DNA of 63,771 nucleotides, filler included, from Intoshia linei (lineage: Eukaryota; Animalia; Orthonectida): assembly GCA_001642005.1 (NCBI GenBank). It is 6 parts of 6 records of this genome, joined end to end, with 100 filler letters (N's around TTAATTAATTAA, not from the genome) between each part and the next. Parts side by side here need not be neighbours in the genome. Positions count along the whole stretch, not along the records: positions 26,053 to 55,311 come from LWCA01000391.1; 5 more parts are not named here. One strand, 5' to 3'. This document shows positions 38,924 to 52,879 of this stretch, in pieces. The notes below the pieces were generated by a model, which saw nothing but the letters and a program-made list of their open reading frames with translations, made no database searches and was not told where the DNA came from. Positions within the stretch are counted from its first letter, which is position 1. Each line of letters opens with the position of its first letter. The position numbers and the translations under genes were made by a program.

Positions 38924-41900
38924 ATGAATTCGTCTCAGGACATAGCTAGTTATAGCAGTAAATACATGTATAATTAAAAATAAATAATTTTAGTAGTGAG
39001 ATGTTTGGGTAAAGGTGCATTTGGAGAGTATGTTAAATGTATTAAATTATACAGTAACATTTAGAGCATTTCAAGTTCTATATAAACGAACAGAGGTGTC
39101 AAGAATTATAATTTAAATTTACATTTTTAGCTAAATTGTTTTGTTGTATGGAAACGTATAGAATTTGCCTCTTTGGTACAAAAGGAAAGAAATGACTGTC
39201 AAAATGAAATTGATGCTTTGTCGAGTATAGAGCATTGTAATATAATATCTTATTATAATCATTATTTTGACAATTCATTTTTATTAATTGAAATGGAATA
39301 TGCTAATGGTATTATTATTTAATGATTCAAAGATACCGTGTATTTTATTATGTTTAAGGTGGCAATTTGGAAGAAAAAATTAAATCTTCAAAAGAACACT
39401 TTTCAGAAACTGTAAATAAACATGAATTATATTTATAACATAAATATTATTAATTATTAAAAGTAGTATAATACATTTATCATATTTTTAATCAAATTAT
39501 AACGGTTTATTATATTGTTACTGCACAATGCACATATTATTACATACGTTTATTAGTATGACCATTTTTTACAGAATATTTAATGGTTTTTAACATTTTT
39601 AACATTTTTTTATGAAAATTTAAGTATGATGTAATTTATGTAATCCGCGTTGTAAATATTTTAAATAAATTTTGTGAATCTAAACCGAACAATGGGTTAA
39701 TCAAATAGAATACGTTTTTATGTTTAAAATGTTCATAAAAATGTGCTTATAAAGGAAATTTCTTTAAAAAAAAATTTGGATCCATTAACATTAATATTAT
39801 AGCATGTCATTTGGTATACGTATCAATTATTATCCGCTGTATCGTATTTACACAATGCTGGAATATTACATAGGTTTATTATATACGCTACCGTCCAATT
39901 GGTATTTTCCCTTTTATTTATTTTTTTAGGAAAAATAAAAATGAATAATGTATTACATTATTAATATTTTCAGTCAAGTATAATAACATTATTGTGTAAT
40001 TAATATCATAATATAATTAAAAATTTAAAAAAATTCATCAAATTGCTTGACACACCAAATGTCGATAGTCTCAAATTATTCATACAATAATTATAAAATA
40101 AGTACACATTTATTCATTTATTTAGAGATATTAAAACATTAAATATATTTTTAACTAAGAAAGACGTTTTAAAACTAGGAGATTTTGGAATAGCAAAAAT
40201 GCTAAAAAAGAATAATATACTTGATTGTCATTCGGTAAACGAAAATTATTAATATGCTTTATAATTTTATAATCATAGTACGTGGGAACTCCATATTACA
40301 TGTCTCCAGAATTAATTCAAGGAAAAAAGTAATATTTATATAAAATATTTATTAGTATTATTGTACATTAAGGTGGTATATTTTAGGGTTTTTTTGAATT
40401 TCAAAAACCATTTTTGATCCTGAACTTTTGAAACTTATTCTTGAATAACAGATACTATTTAAAATAACTTATCAGGTTAAAATAAAATCTTAAATCACAA
40501 CACTTAAACCATTACACTTTAGAAAATTTTATTATTTCAAAAACGTTAGATTCAATAAAGTAAAACACACACTAGATTAATACATAAGTCAAGTAAAAAA
40601 GATGGGAAATTAAAAAAATTGTAGTATTGGTTGCCATCAAAAATTTTGTTTACATGCTGTTTTTTAACACTGAATTATGTGACAAAGTATAAATTAAAAA
40701 ATAAAACTATACTAGTATACTACTATTACTTAATAAATTCATTTATACAATAATATCATATTTTATTTTTAGATATAATTATATGACAGATATGTGGGCT
40801 ATAGGTTGTGTAATGTATTTGTAGTTTCATCCAGTTTTTAATTTAAAAATTAGTTATGAACTAATGACATTCAAATTACCATTCAGCGATAAAAATCCTC
40901 TTAAATTAGCTCATTTAATTGTTAATACAACCCAAGAAAAAATTGATTGTAAAATATATTCCAATGAACTTAAAACTATTGTTCATGTCTTACTCGAAAA
41001 GGTAAATCACAATAAGACATTCATAAAACATTTCTAATCTTAAGAATTCAAAATTACGTCAAAGTGCTGACGGACTATTGAAATACGATATAATCCATAA
41101 AAAATCACTGTAATATTTATATTTTAACATTTTAAATGTTTCAATATTTTATATCTAAATATATACTTTAGAGGGTTTCAAAAAATAATTGATAAAAGCA
41201 ATGATCATTATAATTGTCAAATATTTCTCTCAAAAATTCATAGTAAAATTCCACCTATTTTCACTTCAAAATCTTCAAATGTAAATCTAACTTTTATAAT
41301 ATGCAACGCTATTTTTGTTTGTGTGTGTATGTGTGTGTGTTACGCTTTATTTAAATAACTACCAGTCTTATAATTTTTTAAAGCCCACATTTCAAATACA
41401 GTTTTTTTCAGGACGTATAATAAAATAAAATTTCAACCTCCCAATTTTACATCTTACGGGTCAAAAACTTTAGTTGTTCCTCTTTTTAAAAATTAAACGA
41501 GTTGGAGAATTTAAAAAAATATATACGCTAATGCAGATTTTATCATCATAAACATTATCATATATTTAAATTTAAAAAAAAATATATCTTCACGGCAAAA
41601 ACCCCAAATTACCCTTCTTTTTTTAATAAAAACAGCCCTAGAATTTTAAAAAATTTACAGGTTATATCTTGTATCCTGTTAACACACACAAAAAAGTTCC
41701 ATCCGAATAAGTCACGACTTCCAGTCAAAAAACCATTTTATATTCATTTATTTTTTTTCCAAAATATTTTATTAAAACAAAAACTGTCAAATAATTAACG
41801 GTTCGAAAATTAAAAAAAACATTATTCTGATACAGCTTATTCCAGTTGATATAAATACAAAATTTCAACCCCAGAAATCAACCATTCATGGTCACAAATA

Positions 41901-44900
41901 ATGTTTAATATATTATCAACCAATATTTTTCAAATATTTCAATTAAAATTAAAAATTAAAAATGTAAATTTTGATCCTATAATTTCAAAAGAAATGTGCA
42001 TTGTATGTCTACACATTTCCAATAAAGACATATGGGTGAAAATCTATATAATTCATTCCTTCGGAATTTTTTTCATTGCTACGCAATTTATACATTTCAA
42101 ATTCTCATTTTCAAAACATTAAAATATATAAATAAATAATTTTTAAAATTCTAAAACTCTTAGTTACATAACACACAGACACTCATTCAAAGAGTTTTAT
42201 ATAAGTAACGATTAAATATCAAACAATATTAGTCAATGTATTTATAATTAATAATGGCTTTAGGGGGCGATTATAAAAAAAGTTAAGAACCCCGGGTCGA
42301 GACTCCTGAGTAGACATATATGTCTTAGATATATATAATTACATTAAATGTAGGTTTTATCGTGGGGTGGAGGAAAATGGGATCCCATGATTGAAGAATT
42401 TTTTCTAAATGAAAAATCTGCTTCAAAGGTTAATTTTAACAGTTTTTTAAATTTTTTATTTAATTTCAAGTTAATTAAACTTTATATTTCATCTGCTAGG
42501 TTTGCACAGGTACAAATAGTTTTGCTGTAATTACAATAGAAAAAGAATTGTACACATGGGTTATTATAAATAAATTAACAATAACAATATCAAATTTAGC
42601 CGTGTAAAAATAATCAAACAGATGTTCCTCAATTAGGTCATCCCAATAAAATTATAAGTAAAATTCCAAAAAGAGTCGAGTATTTTAATGAAATTTCTGT
42701 AAAGGATGTAAAAATTGGAGAGGATTTCATGATTATATTGACAGGTTTTTTCAATATACTATTTTTATATTTTATTTGACCATTATAAAAATTTTTCTAT
42801 GACTAAACAATGTGACGATCCCAATTTGCAAATATTCAATTTAATATTTATTCAAATTATTTAAAATATGAGATGACAAGAGACTATACTACGCGCAGAA
42901 ATGTGTTCATATAGAAACACAGTCAATAATGACATTTTAATTTTATAATATGACTAACTTGACAGTTATGTACTTGATATAAACAATACTTAGCTGTACC
43001 GAAGCAGACTTTTTTAATTCAACCACAAAAATATACTCAATAATAAAATTTTACATCAAAATGCTACAATTTACTATTACAAATTCTGTACAGCAGGTTT
43101 CCGAAAGTTAGAGTTAAAAAAATTGGGATTCTCAACCAACTCAACCAACAACCTCCTATATTATAATTTATAATAAATACTGAATTGATTATTTTTACTT
43201 TATTTTCATAATTTTTTGAATTACTATAATTGCATAGAAAATGGAAATGTATATAGTTGTGGTTCAAACTATTATGGATGTTTGGGTCAGGGAAAATCAA
43301 ATGCAGAATTAGTCAAAACCTATAAACCTTTTCAAATAAAAAAATTTAATACTTCAGTAAACAGAATATCTGCAGGATTTAATCATGCTGCAGCAATAAC
43401 AAAAGATGATACATTATATATTTGGGGATGTGGCGAATATGGTATAATAACATTTTGTATTTATATATATAGTAATTAAAAATAGGTCGTTTGGGAACTA
43501 ATAGTGAAAGCAATGAAATTTCACCTACTAAGGTATTTGATTAATATTTAGGGTTTAAAAATTTTTTAAATAAATGTTTCTTTTGTCGTTTCATTCATTT
43601 AAGCCACATAAGTGTGAGCAATGTATTGTTGGAGCATTCTACAGCGACATAATCATCGATCTTACTAATTTATCATATTATTTACTTTTTCAAAAAATTT
43701 TTGTGGGTTTCTTTAGAGAAAAATTTTAAGGGATTTTTTTTCACAAAATTTTTAAAGATTTTGAAGATAATTTTAGGTCAAAAATTTAGTACAGTTTTTT
43801 ACACAAATGTTTTTTAATTTTCACCTAATTTTTAAAGATTTTAAAGATCCCTTAAAAAACCTACAAAATTTTTTGGTCTAAAAATTATCTTTAAAATATT
43901 TAAAATTTTTTCCTTAAACCCCTACCAAATCTTGGGATTAAAATTATCTTCAAAATCTTCAAAAATTTTGTTCAAAAAAATCCTTAAAAACCCTATCAAA
44001 TTTTGGACCCGAAATTATTTTTAAAATATTTTAAAAAAAATTAAAAAAAGCGTTCCCTTAAAAACACTAGCGAATCTTAGACCAAAATTATCTTCAAAAT
44101 TTTTTTTCAAAGGCACCCACACAAATTTGATCCAAAAATCAAATACTAATATTAATAAGCAAAATCAATGATTATGTCGCTCTAACAATACATCTGTCAA
44201 ATGAGTGTCGCTCAACTGAATATACGCTATTTATCACTAAAATTTTTTAATTTAAATCGTAATCCTTTACTTACATAAAATTGAATGTATGTACCATTTA
44301 ATTAAAAAAATTCAATATCTAATAGAGTTTTTCGGGAGTCATGTTTTATCGGAAATTTTATGTTCGGAAATGGAATAATTGATGTTCAAAAATCCAATTT
44401 ACCCTTTTTTTAAAAATAAAATCAGCCCTAGAATTTAAAAAAATTTACATTTACATTGTATTTTTATATCCTTGATAATCATCATAATGTTGTGAGTAAT
44501 GTAATAATTATGAATTAAAAAACGAATATTATAATTTGGGTTAAAGGTTTGTATTGGATAAACCTTTATTTACATTGTATCATTAAATTTAGATACAATT
44601 AAATATAAACCACAAAATTAAAGATATTGTTTCCGGATATAATCATACATTTATATTAACATGCAATGGTAAAGTTTTGGCAACAGGTTTGAATGAATAC
44701 AACATGCTGGGATTGAACGCTATTACTCGTGAATTATGCGAAAAATCTATTGTAATTATAATACCCATGTAATCAAAAGTTTATATTACATTTGGTCGAG
44801 TTTACCATCAATACTGGGTAAACATGGTCGTCTTATTGTAATATATTGTAACTGACTGTGCGTTAAATGTGTAATGATCATTGAAATCGCCACACAATGA

Positions 44901-46056
44901 TTTCTATAATTTAGATTGGTTACGACATTCCCTATGTAAAGAAATTCACATTGGTCCGGTCATTGCTCCAATATCGCATTGAAACGATTGCTTCAGGAAA
45001 ACATCATACAGCTGTTGTAGATGGTAATGAATTCAATATTAATTTTACAACTAGTAAATTAATTATTAGTGTATGGCAAAATAATAATGTTTGGTAATAA
45101 TAAATATGGACAATTGGGACTTTCCAATTACACCGAATTTGACACATTGCAGAGGATAACAGGTCCATTTTTGTCGGAAAGAATAAGAAAAATTTCTTGT
45201 GGAGATTTTTTTACTGTTGCAACCACATGGGGTATTTAATATTTTTATATTTTAAATTTAAATTGTGTTAATAATAATTATAATTATATCATACAGACGA
45301 TAAAATATTCAGTTGGGGCCTAGCAAAAAATGGCCGTTTAGGAACAGGTCACACAAAAAAAGTAACATATTGTACTCCACATCCAATTATCGGATCTCTA
45401 CATTATGTTACATCCATGTCATCTAGTGATTGGTACAGTATTATCATTGCTGGTAATGTGTATCAAGTTTTAGTTTAATTTGATATAGAGAGAATTTTAT
45501 ATAAAAAACAAATTGTGTCTGCCAATACTCTAGATACGTTTTCTGTTAGTGAAGGTTAAGTACATTATAAATTTTATATGCATTAATAGGATTCAACAAA
45601 ATTGGTCAACTTAAAGGGGATACTTCAAATTCAAGCAAGGAATCAAGCATTGATCAAGATTCTGTTCCGACGTGGTTACAATCGGTTTTATAATGTTTCA
45701 TTTTATAATTTCACTTAGGAATTGACAGATTGTCAATCTCTTTCATCTAATTTACTAAATACCAACTCATCCAAAGTCATTTCCGTATACATTTTATATT
45801 AAAAATTGTTCATAATTGATAATTATCAATATTAAATAATTTATAATAGAATTTTAGATGAGTGATCATCATCACATAGTAGATTCACTTAATGATGAAA
45901 ACGATGCAGTATATTTTAAGTATATATAAATTTATAATAATTTAGTTATGTCAAATTATTCAGGAGAAAGAAAAACAAATCGATGATTTATCTGTAGAAT
46001 TGGAAAATATGTCAAAATTATTGTCAGAATTATTAACTGATAGGAATGCAGAATAA
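38924..46056 (+). CDS. NEK9: NIMA-related kinase NEK9 (kinase + RCC1 repeats + C-terminal coiled coil), complete, >20 exons
   Basis: LGKGAFGEA, diagnostic [68 protein letters not shown]; RCC1 repeats ([39 protein letters not shown]); VPTWLQSEL; ...DRNAE*. Confidence 0.95.
41286..41975 (+). mobile_element. Helitron-like copy (5' part) inserted 5 nt after a NEK9 splice donor
   Basis: gtaaa|TCtaacttttataatatgcaa...(GT)n; homologous to 7798-8599. Confidence 0.7.
43642..44183. mobile_element. MITE with internal degenerate repeats; related end at ~14723-14741
   Basis: TIR agcgacataatcat(c/t)gat at both ends. Confidence 0.7.
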
Positions 46057-46241
46057 TAAAAAATTAATTAATTTATATATTTGTTTATTATGTACGATGT
46101 ATCGCTTTAAGATTCAAATAAGATGACCAGTTGAAAAATTTTTCAATTTTTTCATTAGCCCATATAAACTGTTTACTATAAAATTATTATCATACTCATC
46201 AGATAATGATTAATAAAATAATAATAATAAACATTAAATAT

Positions 46242-48861
46242 TTATTTATTCATATGTTTACATTTAACAACAGTTTTAATTAGGTGGTCAAGCATTAATG
46301 ATCCAATTTTATAACGTTTCTGTTGTATATTTGATTCTTGAATTAACCAAGGTATAAAATTCTAAATTAAACAATTACAAAATTAAAAAAATTAAAAAAA
46401 CCGTTTCAATGTCTCGTTCAATAGGATCGTAAAAATATCCCTGATCTTGTAGTGTACTGAATACGACAGGAATTAAATCCATCAAATATGACTTTGCAAA
46501 ATATACTAAAAATTATCCAATTATAATTAGATAATTACACTGCACAACACAAAAAAATTTTGGTTATAAACCATATTTTAATAATATATAAGATTAAATC
46601 TCCACATCAGCGAAAAAGATAAAAAAATTATCGAGTGATTAAAGAGATAATTATTAAATAAATTATTTCCATTAAACAGTTACAATTACAGATATTTCTT
46701 ATATAAAGTTGACACGTCAAATTTGCCAATTTTTGTTTAATTTATAATGTTTCTTATACAAAAGAGAAAAAATTACTCCATCATGAAATGTACTTCATTG
46801 AGTATGAAATATGAAGAAATGCATTCTGCTGAATATTTGTTAAAACATAAATAAAATTAAATTTATTCGTCAAAAAGTTATATAATTTGGTTACATTAAG
46901 CACCTTCATTCGTTAATAAATGCGTTAAAATTTTATCCCAAAACTATTAAAAAAAGTTTCTTTTAGGAAAACCCTTGACTTTTTTTAAGATTTGAACTTT
47001 AATCCTTATTTACACATTGTTATTATATTTTAAGTAGTGATTGTGATTTCCCGAGAAATGACAATAATCGAGAATCGGGAAATTTAATTTTTAATTTCCC
47101 GGGAAGAATAAAAAATTTTAGAGACCTTAATTAATTTTAGAAACAAAAAGAAATTTAATTAATGAAATAACACGAATCTTAGATTGAAATTTACAAATTT
47201 TAAACGTCTTTAAACGCGTTCTACGTTTTGTAACGAAATTAAAAGCAGTAGAGAAATTTCTTTAATTTTGTGTTTACATAAGTTGAACGGTCATAAGGGT
47301 CCCTTTAATTTTAACAATCTTGACGATAGCGTTCCAGTTCGTAACAACTCATATTTTTCAAAATAATATTGGAAAAAAAGGATAATTCCCTTAAGCGTTA
47401 GTAATTTGTGGTTGAAACAAGAGGTTTTTAAAAAAAGTATTGGAAAAAGGATATTTTTCCATTAAGGTCTGGAAAATAAGATTTTTTATTTGTGGTTTGA
47501 TGAAGTAGATTTTTTTCATAAGATTTCGTAAAATCGGATTTTTGAAAAAAATATGAATGTAAGTCAATTTTTCCATGAGAGCTTGAAATGGTATTTTTGA
47601 TTAAATTTTATTAGTGGTGGAATTTTTGAAATGGTAAATTTTAAATATTATAATATAATCATATTTTTATAGTAATATTTTATTTTATTTATTTATTATT
47701 TATTTCATATTTTAATATAGTTCTTACAAACCACAGCTAGAATTTTATTTAGTAACATTTTTGTAGTGAAAAATTGAAAAATCATTTTGACTTTTTTAAA
47801 ATGGTGAGTAATAAATGGCTTTTATGATAGAATAAAATTAGTCATCATGACAAAAATTTTGCACTCATTTTTATTTATGAAATATTTCAGAAAAATCACT
47901 CCAAAGTCAAAAAAACTACCCAACAGAACGATTCCACAACGATTGACAACCACTGATCTAAACTTTTTCGGAAAGCATTAACAGTAAAGTAGCAATGGGT
48001 AAAGTATATGAAAATGTCAACGAGACCCATAAATTTGTTAATGAAAACAGGAAAATTGACGTTGTGACTACCAAACAGTAAGAAAAGTCTTATATAATTA
48101 CCAGAATTGATTTTTTCTATGTTTTCTTTTTCCATTTCAATAACATGTTGTTGTTGTTCGATTCTACGTTTTTTCTCTTCTTGGTGTCTTCTATCTTGTT
48201 CAGCCAATCGTTGTTGTTCCACAATTTCAGCATTTCGAAGTACTTGGAATTTTCGTTGTTCAATTCGAAGATTTTCCAATTCTTCTTCTTCCATAACCTC
48301 CAAAAGACTCTGTTCGACAGTTTTTCCGACCAAAACCTGTAAAATTGGAGTGACTTCTAGATCAAAATCGAAAAGCTCATTTGGCCAAATTTGAGTAGAT
48401 CGATCTTCACCTATCTTGGCAGGAACATAACAAGGAGATGGAGGTCTATCAAGAAAAGCATCTGTTTGACAAAACGTGTCAACTTCTTCAGTTTTATCAC
48501 TTATTTCTTCCAAGTATAATTCCGTTTGAACTTCCATATTTTCTCTACCTTCAACAGGTTCAGGTGTACGTTTTCTGAGTTGTTCTCGCGCTCGTTTTCT
48601 AGTCAGTGCACGTCGCGCCGCAGCATTTTTTCTTTGTAATTCTATTGGGTCGATTTGTGCATCAATTGGTAAAATATTTTGGCCATAGGTATTTCCACGC
48701 ACAATTCGACGATCGTACATTATATTTCCATATCGTTTCAATTTTTCTTCTTGTAATTCATAAATTTCTTTAAATTTTCGATTTTTAGATCGTTGATAAT
48801 CTAATACTGACTTGTGACAGTTACGCGATGGGTTATTAGCGGATATTGATGTCGATGCCAT
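46242..48861 (-). CDS. RSPH3: Radial spoke head protein 3, 3 exons (48861-48102, ~46505-46402, ~46361-46242)
   Basis: YGNIMYDRRIVRGNTYG, TPEPVEGR..MEVQTELYLEEI, QTDAFLDRPPSP, TQIWPNELFDFDLEV..ILQVLVGKTVEQSLLEVMEEEEL, QGYFYDPIERDIETNFIPWL. Confidence 0.96.
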
Positions 48862-48932
48862 TTTTATTGGTTAAATTCGAAAAAAAACTTTAATAGGAAA
48901 TATTTTGCATAGTTTAGTTGATTGTTATTAAC

Positions 48933-48944
48933 GTTGCATAGAAC
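48933..48944. promoter_or_regulatory. Possible shortened RFX X-box upstream of RSPH3
   Basis: gttgcatagaac, ~70-80 bp upstream of the ATG; resembles GTTGCCATRGCAAC but is 1-2 nt short. Confidence 0.3.
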
Positions 48945-49166
48945 TTTCAATGTTTTATGGTCGTCAACAAAAAAACAATAAAAAACCTTTATAGATCAAA
49001 TTGTTAGTAAATGTGAAAATTTATATGTAAATCGTATAAATTATACGTTTTATCATAAAGTTCCGGACAATAATTAAAAAATAAAATGATTGCCTAAAAA
49101 ATTTTATTATAACATTGAACGTAATTTAACCTTGAAATAAATAATAAATTAACGTTTAATTATATT

Positions 49167-49747
49167 TTATGAATATTGTTCATTTTTTATTCGGTTTGTA
49201 AATAAATGACCAACCTTGTCGAATACTTCATTGTACCGATCAACGCAGTTGTTTAAACATTTCTAAAAAAATAATATAAATAAAACAAATTTTCCTCATT
49301 TCCCAATACATTTTTTGAAAAAATCAAATATTGAACTATTGAAATTGAATTTAAATTTTAAGTTAAAAACGAGAATTTTAAAAATTAATAAAATTGATGG
49401 AAGGGTGCTTAAAATTTGGTAAATTCATAAAAAATTTTCGGAAACATGAAGCAATAATTTTATGAAAATAATTTAAAAATTTAAATACGTTTTAAATTAA
49501 AATTTAATTTTAATGTATATAAATTACCATTTGGTAGCTATCTACAGATTGAGATGGTTTGGTAATGCATTGAGTGAAACATTTATCAGATATTTTCTAA
49601 AGCTATATTAAATATTTTAAAAACTGAAAGTATAACCTTAATAAGATCTTGGGCATTAAGTATGGCTATTTCCCGTTTAGCTTGTTCTAATAATTTTTCA
49701 TTGTCAATTTTCGCATTAGAATTTGATGAATCATCATAATTATACAT
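49167..49747 (-). CDS. TIMM13: Small Tim chaperone Tim13, 3 exons
   Basis: MYNYDD...KIDNEKLLEQAKREIAILNAQDLIK|KISDKCFTQCITKPSQSVDSYQM|KCLNNCVDRYNEVF...NRIKNEQYS*; twin CX3C. Confidence 0.92.
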
Positions 49748-49790
49748 ATTTAAGGTAACGATAAAATATTCAAAATAAAAAATAAAGTTT

Positions 49791-51446
49791 ATGGATAATA
49801 ATGCAGATTTGAAAGAAGAAATCGAAACACTATCTTTGATTTATAACGACGAATTATTTGGTTATTAATCGAGTAAATTGTACTAATATTATTATGTAGA
49901 CGTGGATGAACAAATTCCGTGTTCTTTTAAAATTAAAATAGCTGTATGTTCAAATTCAGGTATATTTTAATACATTTGAACTAACATTTATTTTAAAAGG
50001 AATGACTCTTGTATCTGTAGTTTCAGTAAAAATACCTTTAAATTACCCTAAACAAGTACCAAAATTTACAATCGAATCTGTATCAGGTTCAGATGTACAG
50101 TTATCCGTTCTTCAAAAACATGTTGACAAATCTTTAGCTAATCATACGGTGATGATAATTAACTTACATTGATAGATTAATGTTAATTCATAATCAACAT
50201 TAAATTCAAGCCTGATAGAAATATTACATACAGTGAAGCCTTGTGAAGTATGTAGTAATATAATAATATGTAAGTATATAGTGAAGTATTAGCCAACAAT
50301 TTTCAAAATTTCGAAATAAATCAAATAAATATTTTTATTTTTTGGTTCACCTTATTTTATTAACAGGGGTTAATAAAATAAAATTTTTCAACAAAATTTA
50401 AGATTTGTGAATAGGATAAAATGTATACACTTACATGGAAAGAATGTAAATATATGGCGAACTACGAACTGACGAAATGTAGATAAAATGCCGTTTTCAG
50501 GAGAAAATTTTATTAGTATGGTGATATACAGAGCCAAACCTACCAACCTCGAGGCCACTCGAAAATGAAAAATAGCCTTCAATTTTTTCTAACCGATGCG
50601 TAGTGTCATATATTCCTAACCACCGATCCAAGGCTTTTGACTTGATATTTTCCATTTAGTAACAAAATAGTTATGATATTCAATAATATATTTTTTAATA
50701 GTCCATTTAGAAAAATGAGCCCCCCTTTTTCCCAAAATTTCGTGATCCCTCCCGAAGACGTGTTGGATACGGCACTGGTGATGTATACTAAATTAGCAGT
50801 TTACAAGAAACTGGTTTTTATTCTCAAAAATTTCTAAATTTCCAATTTTGGCGAATGCTGTAGGCTTCACTGTATTTTAAAAGTTTAATATTTTTTAAAA
50901 CAAATATGCCTTGGTCCCGCTTAGTGTATTACAAAAAATTACAATTTTATTTTACAATTTAGTAATTGTTTTTTGTTGAATGGATAAATTAGTTGAATTG
51001 TTGTAAATTTATTATAATTATGATTTATTAGAATTCTGCAGATGACATTCAGTTATTTCAATTAATAAATCAATACAATGAAATTTTGGCTGATTTTGTG
51101 GATAGTGAATGTATTAATTATATTTCTGAGACGGAAAGTGAGGAATCTATACCGGTTGGTTTTTTACAATATTTTTTAAAATATATAATAGGCTTCCATA
51201 TTAATAACTAAAGAAGCATTTGAGGAGTGGTCAAATAGTTTTGATCAAACGTTATATGAAGAGAATGTTCCCGATTTTACTAAATTAGATGTCTACCCTA
51301 ATAATATGACAGGTTATTTTATTATATTTACATTCAGTAATATATTTATAGGTAAAGATTTTTTTTCTAGTGATAGAATCGATGACACAGAAATTGGCTG
51401 TGATGAAACCGGAATTCCAATTGACGAATCTCTTTATATGGATTAA
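49791..51446 (+). CDS. RWDD1: RWD domain-containing protein 1 (Gir2/DFRP2), ~6 exons
   Basis: MDNNADLKEEIETLSLIYNDEL, PLNYPKQVP (YPxxxP), ITKEAFEEWSNSFDQ, MTGKDFF...IPIDESLYMD*. Confidence 0.88.
50231..50872. mobile_element. Tc1/pogo-type MITE in an RWDD1 intron; internal sequence related to ~16760-17010 in OMA1 intron 1
   Basis: TA|cagtgaagcct...aggcttcactg|TA; shared core accaa(c/t)ctcga.g.cac.cgaaaatgaaaa. Confidence 0.8.
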
Positions 51447-52879
51447 ATGTATTACCATTAAAATGTACAAATTAAGTTTATTAATTTAAAAATTTTAGTA
51501 GTTTTTGTATAATGTTTCCACTAAAATAGTTTATGTTTAGTACAATTTGATGTTTGGTACCTTTATGCAAATATTTTTTCGTTGCACGGTGCACGTCAGC
51601 GTTATACTTTGTACACTAAATATTTTAAATTATGAGTTTAAAAAATATTTTATTCTCATCTAGGTCTAAATGTTTTTTACAGTACCCAAATTAATTAATC
51701 AATTAACAAAATGTGTTTGATTCGTTTATTAAAGAGGTTCAAAGAGATTAAAGTTAAATTCAAAATTAGAATAATGTATACATTAAAACTAGTTATCGAT
51801 TGGGTTCAAAATGATATGCCTGCGAGTCTGTGAGATTCAAATAAATATATAAAAGTTTTGATCAACTTTTGTTTATTTTTAATATTTATTACAGAATTTC
51901 TAGGTGTTGATTATGCAAAAGCCTAAACGACCGCCACATTATTATTTAAAAAAAACCATTTCAAAGCCCTAGGGAAAAATTGACTTTTATCGATATTTTT
52001 TTTAAAATTTGATTTTTTTATACTTTGTGAAAAAAATTCACTTAAACCCCAAAATAAAAAATCTAATTTTACCAAACCTTAAGGGACAATTACCCTTTTT
52101 CTAATATTTTTTTGAAAAACACGATTTTACCCAATTTCATCAGAAAAACCTCTTATTTTAACTCCAATATTTCTAACGTTTTAGGGAAGTATCCTCTTTT
52201 TCCAATATTATTTTGAAAAATCCGATTTTACTAAATTTTATGAGCAACAACTTTCTAATCCAAACCCCAAAATCAAAAATGAACCTTTGCCAACCCTCGA
52301 TAAAAAAATCATCTTTTCCAATATTTTTTTGAAAAACACGCTTTTATTAAATCCTATGATGAAAAACTTTTAATTTTTTCATCAATGTTTTATATTTCAT
52401 ATTTCCTTTGGGTCAAAAAAATAAACATGTTGAAAATGGGGCCCGTACACTATTTCAACCGGGAACCACTGCATTAAAACTGAAAAAATGAAATTATTTC
52501 AATTTTCATTCCACTTAACCTATATTTGCATTTCATATAATTAATAATCAACCATTATTATATATGATCATTAATCAAGAAGAAAATAAAATTTTTACAT
52601 ATCTGAATCTTTTAATTTGAACCGAAAAATCTTTAACATAATTATGATGCTAATGTCATTTTAAGTTAAATTTTAACGGAATTTGCCTGTATTATGAATA
52701 ATATTTATATATATGTATACAATGCATTGTATACTATACATGTATGTATAATAATTAATATATTACATAAAGGTGTAATATTTTGTATTTTATTGTATCC
52801 AGATTACAAACTCTCTAAATTTAAATTAAAATTCATTCATTCGTCCACAATTTCGAAATGAATTATATATATAAAATAA

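Noticed and set aside
42876-42920. gactatact resembling U3 snoRNA box A'
   Set aside because: No boxes A, B, C or D at appropriate spacing.
47896-48101. Hydrophobic C-terminal tail of the 321-aa RSPH3 ORF
   Set aside because: Intron read-through; the conserved RSPH3 C-terminus resumes at ~46505.
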